Assembly (NCBI GenBank): GCA_030740155.1
Contig: JASLXV010000038.1
Span: 100,956-164,955, forward strand
DNA length: 64,000 nucleotides
Source of the DNA: Dehalococcoidia bacterium
GTDB lineage: Bacteria; Chloroflexota; Dehalococcoidia; Lucifugimonadales; UBA3495
Direction of reading: 5' to 3'
Under the pieces are notes generated by a model, which had not been told where the DNA came from, did no database searches, and saw nothing but the letters and a program-made list of their open reading frames with translations. Shown here piece after piece: positions 9,609 to 18,696 of the stretch. Positions within the stretch are counted from its first letter, which is position 1; each line of letters begins with the position of its first letter. A program made the position numbers and the translations under genes.

Positions 9609-10478
9609 CTAGGTCCCGCTGCCGCCTCCCTGCTGCTCGTTGCCCTGGCCCATGCCCAGGAAGGGCGACAGCATGGAGGTGAACTCCATGGGGAAGATCC
9701 ACTTGGTGGAAGGGCTGGAGCCAAGCGCCTTCAGGGTTTCGAAGTACTGGAGGCTCATGGTCTTGCCATCCACCGTGTTGGCCACCTGGTAGATCTTGTC
9801 CAGCGCGTTGCTGAACCCCTCGGCCCGCAGGATGGCCGCCTCCCGGTCTCCCTCAGCCTCCAGGATAGCCGCTTGGCGGCTCCCCTCGGCCTCCAGGATG
9901 GCCGCCTGCTTCTCACCCTCGGCCCGGTTGATCTGGGCCTGGCGCGCGCCCTCGGACTCTGTTATCTCGGCGGTCTTGATGGCGGCGGCGGATTTTTCCC
10001 GCTCCATCGCCTGTTTCACCCCCGCCGGCGGGTCGATCTCGTTGATCTCCACCTGCTTGACCTTGACTCCCCAGCGGTCGGTGACCTCGTCCATTCGTAC
10101 CTGCATCTGGTCACGGATCCTTTCCCTTTCGGCCAAAGCCGAGGACAGAGTGGTGGAGCCGATGACCGCCCGCAGTGTGGCGTAAGCCAGGTTAACCACG
10201 GCCATCTCGAAGTTCTGCACATCGAGGACCGCCTTCTCGGCAATCTCTTCCAGGACCTGGTAGTAGATCACGAAGTCCATGTCTACCACCACGTTGTCCG
10301 AGGTAATGTACTTTTGGGTTGGAACCCGCGCAACCCTCTCTCGCGTGTCCACCTTGGTGCCGTGGTACAGAATGGGTATCAGAAAGTGCAAACCGGGTCC
10401 CCGGGTCCCAACGAAAGTCCCGAGCTTTTGGGCTACCAGCCTTTGATATTGCTGCACGATTACCAGTCCGGACGCCAT
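9609..10478 (-). CDS. SPFH/band 7 (stomatin/QmcA-like) protein
   Basis: PGLHFLIP, ITSDNV, TLRAVIG, WGVKV..VEI; C-terminal AAILEAEG repeats. Confidence 0.92.
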   Translation of the reverse strand: MASGLVIVQQYQRLVAQKLGTFVGTRGPGLHFLIPILYHGTKVDTRERVARVPTQKYITSDNVVVDMDFVIYYQVLEEIAEKAVLDVQNFEMAVVNLAYATLRAVIGSTTLSSALAERERIRDQMQVRMDEVTDRWGVKVKQVEINEIDPPAGVKQAMEREKSAAAIKTAEITESEGARQAQINRAEGEKQAAILEAEGSRQAAILEAEGDREAAILRAEGFSNALDKIYQVANTVDGKTMSLQYFETLKALGSSPSTKWIFPMEFTSMLSPFLGMGQGNEQQGGGSGT

Positions 10479-10509
10479 CGCTACCTCCTGAAGGAGTTAT
10501 CAGATTCCA

Positions 10510-11916
10510 TCATATAGATTCGATATCTTGCCGGTAAACCGTTAGAATTAGGCCATCTTTCCTGGATACCATAACTGATTCGCCCACCTCTATCACGCTA
10601 CCATCTTCACTCTCCGCTGTCCAGGTTTCGCTCTCTACCCGGACCAAACCTCGGGGGGACAGTTCATCGATAACAGTGCCCATCATCCCTTCCAACGACG
10701 GCTTGACGGGCGGGCGTCCCTCTTTTCGAGATTGGTAGATCACTCGGAGCACGGACAGGAGGGTCAGGCCCAGCGCCCCCGCGGTGCCGCCCACCAGCCA
10801 CCGGTTGACCGACACTGGCGGTAGAGTGGGTGACCCGCCGCCAAACTGGGTAAACAGCAGCAGTCCGCCGACGGTAAAGCTGATTATGGAGCCGACGCCC
10901 AGGATACCGAAGCCGGCCACCTGGGTTTCCAGGACCGCCAGCAAGATGGCCACGGCGATGAAGGCCACCCCGGCCCAGTTGATCGGCAGGTTGCCGAAAG
11001 CCAAAAAGGCCAGCATCAGGGATATGACGCCGACCACGCCGGGGGCGATCAGGCCGGGATTGAACACCTCGACGACGATGCCCAAGCTGCCCACGGTGAG
11101 CAGGATGAAGGAGATATTGGGGTCGGAGATGAACTCCAGGAAGTGTTCCAGCACGTTCTTTTCGAGCCGGCGCTGGGATAGGTCGCGGGTGTCCATGGTG
11201 TGGGAACCGGTGGCGGTCTGTACCGTCCGGCCGTGTAGCTGGGCCAGCAAGTCGTCCAGGTCGTCCGCGATGAAGTCCACCACATTGAACCCCACCGCCT
11301 CCCTGGCGCTGAAGGATGCAGCCTCCCGGACCGTCTCCTCCAGCTTGTCCTGGTTCCGTCCCCGCTCCTGGGCGATGCTGCGGATCAGCGCGGCCGCATC
11401 GTTGGTGACCTTGTTGGCCAGGGTCTCACCCAGGTCCTCACCGGTACCGGAGATTGGCGTGGCCGCCCCGATGTTCGTGCCGGGAGCCATGACCGCGAAA
11501 TGGCCCGCCGCGGTGATGAAGGTGCCCGCCGAGCCGGCCCGGGCTCCCCGGGGAGAGACGAAGACCGCCACCGGCACCGGGGATTCCAGCAACTCCTCTA
11601 CTATCTTTCTAGTGGAGCTGAGCAGGCCTCCCGGGGTATCGAGTTCGATGATCAGGAGAGTGGCCCCGTCCTCTTGGGCCTGCTCGATGGCCCGGGCAAT
11701 GAACCTCTCTTTGACCGGGTTGATAATGCCGTCCACCTCGGCCACCAGGGCGTGAGGCGTCTGCGCAAGGGCCAGAGTAGAGCCTAGCAGTCCACTCAGC
11801 CCTACGGCCGCGAAGACGATAACCAGAGCTATCCGGGGCCAGCCGGACGAAAACACGGTCACGTACCTGTGGCCCGGTAGTTTCGGCGATGCGTCCGCTG
11901 TCGGGCCTACTTTCAT
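10510..11916 (-). CDS. nfeD: NfeD long-form membrane serine protease (ClpP-like + TM + OB fold); start uncertain
   Basis: LDTPGG, ARAGSAG, MAPGTNIGAA, TM helices and C-terminal G.V.V.SETW; upstream of the SPFH gene. Confidence 0.9.
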   Translation of the reverse strand: MKVGPTADASPKLPGHRYVTVFSSGWPRIALVIVFAAVGLSGLLGSTLALAQTPHALVAEVDGIINPVKERFIARAIEQAQEDGATLLIIELDTPGGLLSSTRKIVEELLESPVPVAVFVSPRGARAGSAGTFITAAGHFAVMAPGTNIGAATPISGTGEDLGETLANKVTNDAAALIRSIAQERGRNQDKLEETVREAASFSAREAVGFNVVDFIADDLDDLLAQLHGRTVQTATGSHTMDTRDLSQRRLEKNVLEHFLEFISDPNISFILLTVGSLGIVVEVFNPGLIAPGVVGVISLMLAFLAFGNLPINWAGVAFIAVAILLAVLETQVAGFGILGVGSIISFTVGGLLLFTQFGGGSPTLPPVSVNRWLVGGTAGALGLTLLSVLRVIYQSRKEGRPPVKPSLEGMMGTVIDELSPRGLVRVESETWTAESEDGSVIEVGESVMVSRKDGLILTVYRQDIESI

Positions 11917-11998
11917 GATCCTTCACCGCTTGGGGGATGTCAATTGGGCTAGCTATCGGGGGAGGTTGACGACGGCATACGGAAGACCGCCGGAGTTC

Positions 11999-12058
11999 TT
12001 GACACCCAAGGCCATGGCTGTATAATGAGACACAATCGGGAAATTGGTCTGACCACTT
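11999..12058 (+). promoter_or_regulatory. Near-consensus sigma70 promoter (TTGACA-16-TATAAT) plus FadR-type operator AATTGGTCTGACCACTT overlapping the regulator start
   Basis: TTGACA 11999-12004, TATAAT 12021-12026, palindrome TGGTCTGACCA within 12042-12058. Confidence 0.8.
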
Positions 12059-12758
12059 GGCAGTGACACGAGCAGAGCTTGACAAAGTCCGGCAGCGAAG
12101 GCTGTACGAGGATATCGTGCAGCAACTCCACTTGCTGATTCACCAGGGCACCCTGAGGCACGGGGCCCGCTTGCCCGCGGAGCGGGTGCTGGCGGAGCAG
12201 TTCAAGGTGAGCCGAAGCTCAATTCGGGAGGCCATCCGGTCGCTGGAACTGCAAGGCCTGATAGTGAGCAGGCGTGGCTCGGGCACCTTCATCAACACCG
12301 AGAACCTGGACTCGGTCGTGGCCTTGATCGCGTCGACACTAAGTTCCGGCACCGAGACCCTGAGGGAGATATTCGAGGTGCGCCACCTGCTGGAGCCGCA
12401 GATCGCGGCGGTGGCGGCTCAGCGGGCCAGCGAAGAAGAAGTACGGCGGCTGGGACAAATCCTGGAGGATCAGCAGCGGCAGATAACGGAAGGGAAGACG
12501 GGGATTGACGCCGACACCGCTTTCCACTTCACCCTCGCCTCCGCCACCCACAACTCGGCGTTGGTAAAGGTGGTCAGCGCGGTGGAAGACATTCTCCGCC
12601 GCTCCCGCGATCAATCGTTTCAAGAGGCGGGGAGGCCCCAACGGTCTCTGGCCTCCCACCGCCTGATCCTGGAGATGGTGCGGGCCCGCGACGTAGAGGG
12701 GGCGCGAAGGGCGATGGAGCACCACCTGACATCGGTGGAACCGAGCGTTCAGCCCTGA
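12057..12758 (+). CDS. GntR/FadR-family transcriptional regulator
   Basis: RLPAERVLAEQFKVSRSSIREAI...GSGTF wHTH; FCD domain with D.AFH and MEHHL. Confidence 0.93.
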   Translation: MAVTRAELDKVRQRRLYEDIVQQLHLLIHQGTLRHGARLPAERVLAEQFKVSRSSIREAIRSLELQGLIVSRRGSGTFINTENLDSVVALIASTLSSGTETLREIFEVRHLLEPQIAAVAAQRASEEEVRRLGQILEDQQRQITEGKTGIDADTAFHFTLASATHNSALVKVVSAVEDILRRSRDQSFQEAGRPQRSLASHRLILEMVRARDVEGARRAMEHHLTSVEPSVQP

Positions 12759-12768
12759 ACTGTGTGCA

Positions 12769-12804
12769 CCCCCCCCCTTTGTTAAAGGGGGGACAAAGGG
12801 GGGA
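12769..12804. repeat. C/G-tract hairpin repeat (CCCCCCTTTGTTAAAGGGGGG) between regulator and operon
   Basis: Direct sequence inspection. Confidence 0.6.
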
Positions 12805-12843
12805 TTTGGAACTCTGATAGCTGAATCAAATGGAGGCCAGTAT

Positions 12844-13995
12844 ATGACCACAGTAGCTGTGGAGGTGGTGTACCGGGGTATCTATCAGAGGACCCTGGCC
12901 CGGAACATCGTTCGAGCCATCGTCTTCGCCGCGCGGAAGGAGGGCAAGATCGGCACCGCCTTCGGCCGGTATGGCGACTCCCCGGAACGCAACGGCATTC
13001 CAGCGAAACAGTTCGCCATCGTCGCCGACGGCCCGGAAGAGCTGGAGGAGAGCCTCGCCGTCTACGAGGCATCGGAAGTAGACGTCACCATCACCCTCGA
13101 CGACACCTTGTGCAAGGGGATTGAGTCCTGGGCCTGGTACGGGTTTCAGCCCATTAACGAGCTGACCAAGTCCAACGGCACGTTGATAGTTACCTCCCGC
13201 CAAGATGTCGCCTCCTTGATAGAGGACATCCACCGGAAGGACCTTCCCTACAACTTGGCCGTCGTAACCGGTACGCCAAGCTATTCCGGCCTTTGGGTTT
13301 TCAAAGACGACCACACGGACGTGAGAGTCTTAGGCGCTTTGAGCCGGGTGTGTCCCCAGTTGGTGAGTCAGGAGTCGATGCTGGAGGCCATCCGGGAGCA
13401 GTACGGCAACGAGACCAAAGTGGCCTCGGCTACGAAGGCCCACGACCGGGTGGCCCTCCGGCCGGTTGAGCCCGGCGAGGGCAAAGCGGAAGCGGGCGTT
13501 AAGTTTAACCTTCCCGGCTGGAAGGACATGGAAGAGGCCGTGGTGATCCGGGCCATCGGGCCGGGCGGCGGCTTCCGGGGCGGCAGCGAGGGCTTCCAAC
13601 CGGCGCGCAGCACCGTTTTCAACAAGTTCAGCACCCGCTCCATGCGCCCGGTAATAAACTTCGAGACCTGCACCAAGTGCACCCTGTGCTGGCTTCAGTG
13701 TCCGGACACCTGCTTCGACGCGACCCCGGACGGGCTCTATGACGCCGACATGGGGTCCTGCTGCGGCTGCGGCGTGTGCGAGGCCGTCTGCCCCGTTACT
13801 GACTGCATCACCATGGTGGGCGAGGCCCATTTCAGCGACAACGATAGCCAATGGGAGTCCTGGCAAAAGGACAAGGGTGGCTACGGCCGTTGGCTGGCCG
13901 GCCTAATAGAAAAGGCGAAAGCGGAGAGCCGCACCCACGGCTTCCACCACAAGGGACAATACGCCGAAGAGATCGCGGCGATGGGGGAGGTCTAA
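12844..13995 (+). CDS. 2-oxoacid:ferredoxin oxidoreductase gamma+delta fusion subunit (oxalate oxidoreductase delta-like)
   Basis: N-terminal gamma-like YGDSPER.G.P; two ferredoxin motifs CTKCTLCWLQCP and CCGCGVCEAVCP. Confidence 0.88.
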   Translation: MTTVAVEVVYRGIYQRTLARNIVRAIVFAARKEGKIGTAFGRYGDSPERNGIPAKQFAIVADGPEELEESLAVYEASEVDVTITLDDTLCKGIESWAWYGFQPINELTKSNGTLIVTSRQDVASLIEDIHRKDLPYNLAVVTGTPSYSGLWVFKDDHTDVRVLGALSRVCPQLVSQESMLEAIREQYGNETKVASATKAHDRVALRPVEPGEGKAEAGVKFNLPGWKDMEEAVVIRAIGPGGGFRGGSEGFQPARSTVFNKFSTRSMRPVINFETCTKCTLCWLQCPDTCFDATPDGLYDADMGSCCGCGVCEAVCPVTDCITMVGEAHFSDNDSQWESWQKDKGGYGRWLAGLIEKAKAESRTHGFHHKGQYAEEIAAMGEV

Positions 13996-15215
13996 TGACC
14001 ACGACAACCCAGCTTTACCAGACCGAGCGGGAGGAGCTTATCAGCGGCAGTGAGGCGGTGGCCATCGCATGCGCCCTGGCCGACGTGGACGTGATAACCG
14101 CCTACCCGATCCGGCCATACGATACGGTGATGCAATACGTTTCGAAGCTGAAGGCCGACGGCGCCTTCGACTGTGACTTCATCGTCGCCGAGAGCGAGCA
14201 CTCCCAGTTCGAGATCGTCAAGCACGCCTCGGCGGTGGGAGCCAGGACCTTTAGCGGCTCCAGCGGCGTGGGCTGGTTCTACGCCTTCGAGGCCATCACG
14301 GTCACCGCCGGGCTGCGCCTGCCAGTGGTGGCGATGGTGGGGAACCGGGCGCTTGACGACCCCGGCGCCTTCGGCGTGGAGCATAACGACGCCCTGGCGG
14401 TCCGCGACCTGGGCTGGATGCTCTACTGGGTCGCCACGGCCCAAGAGGCGCTGGACATGGCGTTGCTGGCCTGGCGGGTGGCCGAGGACCCTCGGGTCTT
14501 GCTGCCATTCGCCCTGAGCTGCGACGGCTCGTTCCTGACCCACTCTCAGGCCATCGTCCAGGTGCCGGCCCGCGAGCAGGTGGACCGGTTCCTGCCTCCA
14601 TACGACCGGGGCCGGCTTCAACTTCACCCAGACAACCCCATCACCGTGGCGCCCCAGGTGAACGAGGACTGGCTCATGGAGATTCGCCGCCAATCGGATG
14701 ACGCAATGCGCCGGTCCGTCGCGGTGATCGAGGAAGCCTACGCTGAGTTCAAAGCCCTCTTCGGCCGGGGCGACCCGAGTCCCTTCATCGAAGAGTTCAT
14801 GACCGAGGATGCGGAAATAATCATCGTGGGCATGGGCACCCTGGCGATGCCTACTCGGGTCGCCGTTCGCAAAATGAGGGAACAGGGCAAGAAGGTCGGG
14901 TTCTTGCGGCTCAAGTTCTTCCGGCCCTTCGCCACCGAGGAAGTGCGCCGGGCCCTCGGCGACTGCAAAGCCGTCTGCATCATCGACCGCGACTACTCCT
15001 ACGGCTCGCCGTCCTTCGGCGGCGTCCTATTCAACGAGGTGCGGTCGGCGCTGTACTCGCTGGAGAAGCGCCCCATGACGTTGAACTTCATCGCCGGATT
15101 GGGCGGCCGGGAGATCAGGGTGCGGGACCTGGACCGAATGGTCGAAATCACCCAGCAGGCCGTCGATACCGGTAAAGTCGAGCAGGAAACAACCTGGATC
15201 GGAGTGAGGGAGTAA
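13995..15215 (+). CDS. 2-oxoacid:ferredoxin oxidoreductase alpha subunit (YPIRP type)
   Basis: YPIRP, ESEHS, SSGVG, FRPF and AGLGG; TAATG overlap with the upstream gene. Confidence 0.92.
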   Translation: MTTTTQLYQTEREELISGSEAVAIACALADVDVITAYPIRPYDTVMQYVSKLKADGAFDCDFIVAESEHSQFEIVKHASAVGARTFSGSSGVGWFYAFEAITVTAGLRLPVVAMVGNRALDDPGAFGVEHNDALAVRDLGWMLYWVATAQEALDMALLAWRVAEDPRVLLPFALSCDGSFLTHSQAIVQVPAREQVDRFLPPYDRGRLQLHPDNPITVAPQVNEDWLMEIRRQSDDAMRRSVAVIEEAYAEFKALFGRGDPSPFIEEFMTEDAEIIIVGMGTLAMPTRVAVRKMREQGKKVGFLRLKFFRPFATEEVRRALGDCKAVCIIDRDYSYGSPSFGGVLFNEVRSALYSLEKRPMTLNFIAGLGGREIRVRDLDRMVEITQQAVDTGKVEQETTWIGVRE

Positions 15216-15217
15216 GA

Positions 15218-16210
15218 ATGGCCACCGTGCAAGACCTACCCCAGATCAGGGGTGTCAAGAACATACCCTTGCTAGAGGGTTATACTTCAGGCCACCGCAC
15301 CTGTCAGGGTTGCGAGTCGGCCCTGGTGATGCGGCTGATGATCAAAGCGGCGGGACCGCGGAGCATCGTGCTGGGCAGCACCGGGTGCATGTACGTGGCC
15401 AACACCACCTACTACAGCACCCCCTGGGTGGTGCCCTGGATGCACACTCAGCTGGGGTCGTCAGGCTCTGCCGCCACCGGAACCGCGGCAGCCTTGTCTT
15501 CCATGATGCGCAAGGGCAAGATGAAGCAGGAACCCATCAACGTCATCGCCTTCTGCGGCGACGGCGGCGGCGTGGACATGGGCCTCTCCGCCATCTCGGC
15601 CGCCCTCCAGCATGAGGAGTACAACCTGCTGATCCTCTGCTACGACAACGAGTCCTACGCCAACACCGACATCCAGGCCTCGGGCAGCACCCCCTGGGGG
15701 GCCAATACCACCTTCAGCCCGCCGGGGAAGGTTCACCGCATCATGAACAACCGGTGGAAGAAGAACACCGCGCCGATGCTGGCCACCGGGCACCCCAACG
15801 TCCGCTACGTGGCCACGGCCTGCGGTTCCTACGGGCTGGACTTCACCAACAAGGTGCGGCGGGCCCTCACCATCGGCGGCCCCACTTTCATCCACAGCAT
15901 CAATCCCTGTCCCAAGGGTTGGGACTTCGACCCCAAGTACTCCCACGAGTTGGGGATGCTGGCGGTGGAGACCGGCCTCTGGGTCCAGTACGAGATCATC
16001 GACGGGGAGCTGACCCTCAACGGGGCGTCCCGGGCCATCGCCCGGGGCATGCGGAAGCGGAAGCCGGTTGAAGAGTACCTGATCCGCCAGGGGCGCTTCG
16101 CCCACCTCATCCCGGAGGACATCGCGCTATTCCAGAGCAAGGTGGACGAGACCTGGGAGAAGTGGTGGATACCGGGGCTGATCCCCTTCCGGGTGAAGGA
16201 CGAGGAGTAG
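15218..16210 (+). CDS. 2-oxoacid:ferredoxin oxidoreductase beta (TPP-binding) subunit
   Basis: CQGC, TGC, GDGG...YDNESYANT and PCPKGW. Confidence 0.92.
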   Translation: MATVQDLPQIRGVKNIPLLEGYTSGHRTCQGCESALVMRLMIKAAGPRSIVLGSTGCMYVANTTYYSTPWVVPWMHTQLGSSGSAATGTAAALSSMMRKGKMKQEPINVIAFCGDGGGVDMGLSAISAALQHEEYNLLILCYDNESYANTDIQASGSTPWGANTTFSPPGKVHRIMNNRWKKNTAPMLATGHPNVRYVATACGSYGLDFTNKVRRALTIGGPTFIHSINPCPKGWDFDPKYSHELGMLAVETGLWVQYEIIDGELTLNGASRAIARGMRKRKPVEEYLIRQGRFAHLIPEDIALFQSKVDETWEKWWIPGLIPFRVKDEE

Positions 16211-16249
16211 GTTCAACCCTCCGGAGTATCCGGGCCAACCCAGCGGAAT

Positions 16250-16583
16250 AGGTAGGGGCAGGGTGTAGGGGCGCAGCATGCTGCGCCCCTACGGCGGGGC
16301 CGGCGTAATCCGGTGAAAGAATCCAGATGATGCCGTGGACATGATTGGGCATAACCACGAAGGCATCAATCGCTGCGTTGGGAAAATGGCGTGGCAACGA
16401 CCTCCAGCACTCGTCGACAATCTTGCCGAGCCTGCTGAGCCCCATTTGGCCATCCTCTACTCCGCCAAGGATGCACTCCTTGTTCCGCACGCAGATTGTC
16501 ACGAAGTAGGCCCCGGGTTGGGCGTAGTCGTAGCTTGGAAGCCGAATGGACCGGCGGTGATGGCGTTCCGGGTCATAGGACAT
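16250..16583 (-). pseudogene. Truncated REP-associated tyrosine transposase (RAYT, IS200/Y1-like)
   Basis: RRSIRL..YDY.QPGAYFVTIC and VVMPNHVHGII (HUH); C-terminal half with the catalytic Tyr region absent after an internal REP. Confidence 0.85.
16265..16292. repeat. GTAG-type REP palindrome inside the RAYT ORF
   Basis: Perfect 28-bp palindrome GTAGGGGCGCAGCATGCTGCGCCCCTAC. Confidence 0.85.
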
Positions 16584-17068
16584 CAAAGCACCGCCTTTCG
16601 CGCCGCATTGTCGGGGAAGGTATCGAACCAGCCCCTACTGCTCTTATTGCCGACATCTCCGCAACTAGCTTCCGGACCCGTTCTGGGCTGTTGCTGGAAT
16701 CCTCCTCCCGTCAACCCGCTGAGAACTTTCATCTCTTCCTGTGAGACCTTCTCGCGAGGGCCCCGATATGAATGGTCGCCGCTTCGGCTAGATGATTCTC
16801 ATCTACCCGAATGAATACGACCATAGCACATGAGTTTTGCGGTCCTCAACACTCATGTGTCACCAGCCATCACCCACCGGCGCGTCCTGCTTACCCCCAG
16901 GCCCCGGACTTATAAGCCGCGGTTCCCAGCGCGACGGTCATGTCGTAATCCGTCGCATTGACCCGGATTGGGAGACCGGATAAGATCCCTGTGTTCTCAG
17001 CGATGGTCCCGGCAGGCCTACGGGCCCGCGACACGGCCATCGGATCTTGCGGGAAAGGAGTAACGGTT

Positions 17069-17362
17069 ATGCCGATGTACATAACGTTTCTGAACTACAC
17101 CCAGCAGGGAATCAAGGACATCAAGAATGCCCCCAAGCGGGTGGCGGTGGCCCGCCGGGCCGTCGAGGCCTTCGGAGGGAAGATACATGCTTTCTACCTG
17201 ACCATGGGGCAGTACGATGCGGTAACGATTATCGAGGCGCCCAGCGACGAGGCCGCCGCCGCCAACGCCCTGGCCGTAGGCGCCCAGGGCAACGTGAAGA
17301 CAACGACGATGAGGGCGTTCACCGAGGAGGAGATGGCCGTGATCGTTGCCGGCCTGCCCTAG
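17069..17362 (+). CDS. GYD domain protein
   Basis: NYTQQG, YLTMGQYDAV, GNVKTTTMRAF; AAGGAG RBS. Confidence 0.9.
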   Translation: MPMYITFLNYTQQGIKDIKNAPKRVAVARRAVEAFGGKIHAFYLTMGQYDAVTIIEAPSDEAAAANALAVGAQGNVKTTTMRAFTEEEMAVIVAGLP

Positions 17363-17369
17363 CGTCCCC

Positions 17370-18308
17370 CTACGGTCCGCTGCCGGTGGCCCAAGCTCGG
17401 ATCAGGTGGTGGGCGATGGCGATCGGTCCGGGAACCGCCAGGTTCTTGCTCTTGCCCTCCAGGGCCAGGAGAACCTCGTCTCGCTGGAACCACCTCACGT
17501 CCGCCATCTCTTCATCGTCCATCGAGATCTCCGTCGTCACTGCGTCGGCGTGACAACCTATCATCAGTGACGACGGGAAAGGCCAAGGCTGAGAAGAGTG
17601 GTAGCGGATGTCTGCTATCTTGATGCCCGCCTCCTCCATGACTTCTCTGGCCACGGCCTCCTCAATCGTTTCCCCCTGGTCCACGAATCCGGCCAGAGCG
17701 GAGTACCGGTTCGTACGCGAGAGGCGGCCACGAGATTGACCCAGCAGACAGCGGTCTTTATCTGCCACCACTGCTATGACCACGGGATCGGTGCGAGGGT
17801 AGTGCTCGGTATCGCAGTTCGAGCATAGCCGCACGTGCCCGCCACGCTTCATAATTGTGTCGTGACCGCATATCGAGCAGAATCCGTTGCGGTTATGCCA
17901 GTTGATCTGGGCCCGTGCCTGGGCAACTATCCCAGAGTCCGGCCCATTGAGATATTCGGTAACCGCCCGGGCGTCCTCAAATTTCCAGGCCCCGTTCTCC
18001 TGCAGCTCTCGTGCCGCATCGCCGTTCTTGGATATATCGATGGCGAAATGGGCCGTCTGGCCGCGCAAGCCTAGAAAGATTGCGGTTGCCTCGATTTCCA
18101 ATCGATCCAGTCCATCGAAACCCAACCAACCAAGGCTGTCGTCCGAACCGTTGGAAATAAGCACCTTCAGGTCCCACAGCGGTAGGAACTTACTCCCGGG
18201 GTCCTTGGCTCTACCGGCTAACCACTTTTCATCACGGCGCTCCCGATCTCCCCGGTCCAGTGGATTGCCCGCGAAAATATGTGAGATGTTCTGTTGCTTG
18301 TCGCTCAT
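17370..18308 (-). CDS. nudC: NAD(H) diphosphatase (Nudix)
   Basis: Zn ribbon FCSICG...CSNC, YPRTDP, Nudix box AGFVDQGETIEEAVAREVMEEAG and SQPWPFP. Confidence 0.95.
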   Translation of the reverse strand: MSDKQQNISHIFAGNPLDRGDRERRDEKWLAGRAKDPGSKFLPLWDLKVLISNGSDDSLGWLGFDGLDRLEIEATAIFLGLRGQTAHFAIDISKNGDAARELQENGAWKFEDARAVTEYLNGPDSGIVAQARAQINWHNRNGFCSICGHDTIMKRGGHVRLCSNCDTEHYPRTDPVVIAVVADKDRCLLGQSRGRLSRTNRYSALAGFVDQGETIEEAVAREVMEEAGIKIADIRYHSSQPWPFPSSLMIGCHADAVTTEISMDDEEMADVRWFQRDEVLLALEGKSKNLAVPGPIAIAHHLIRAWATGSGP

Positions 18309-18603
18309 AACCTCATCCGCCCAGAGACATTACGCGGCGGTATCCTCTGGGGTAACCACGCTCCGGAAGCCGATTCAGAGAACCTCAGCGCCCCGATGTG
18401 TGCGGCACGACTTCGGGTCACGAAGCCGGCCGCCGATTTTATGGCCGCAGAGAGGATGAAGTAGCTAAATGATCTGGTTCCGCAGCGCATTAAATGAGCC
18501 TAACATGGGCCAACCACTCATAGCAAACAAAACCTTTGCCCAGGCCTCCTCCGCGGGATTCCGACGGAAGGGCGTCTCCCGGTCACCAGAAGTGCCGTTG
18601 AAG

Positions 18604-18633
18604 TTGACAGCCACTCAGAGGGATGCGTATTCT
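18604..18633 (+). promoter_or_regulatory. Candidate promoter (TTGACA-18-TATTCT) for the MmgE/CapA genes
   Basis: Hexamers about 65 bp upstream of the start at 18697. Confidence 0.45.
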
Positions 18634-18696
18634 TGCGTCGGGGGAGGCACCGGCTCCCCACAATGAACGGGCATCGGCCCAACTGGGAGGTCCGAT

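Noticed and set aside
9609..11916. NfeD-SPFH pair as a novel system
   Set aside because: Well-known conserved operon
16860..17040. Coding-looking minus-strand stretch (ENTGILSGLPIRVNATDYDMTVALG)
   Set aside because: May be a gene relic, but no family could be assigned by eye; BLASTX needed
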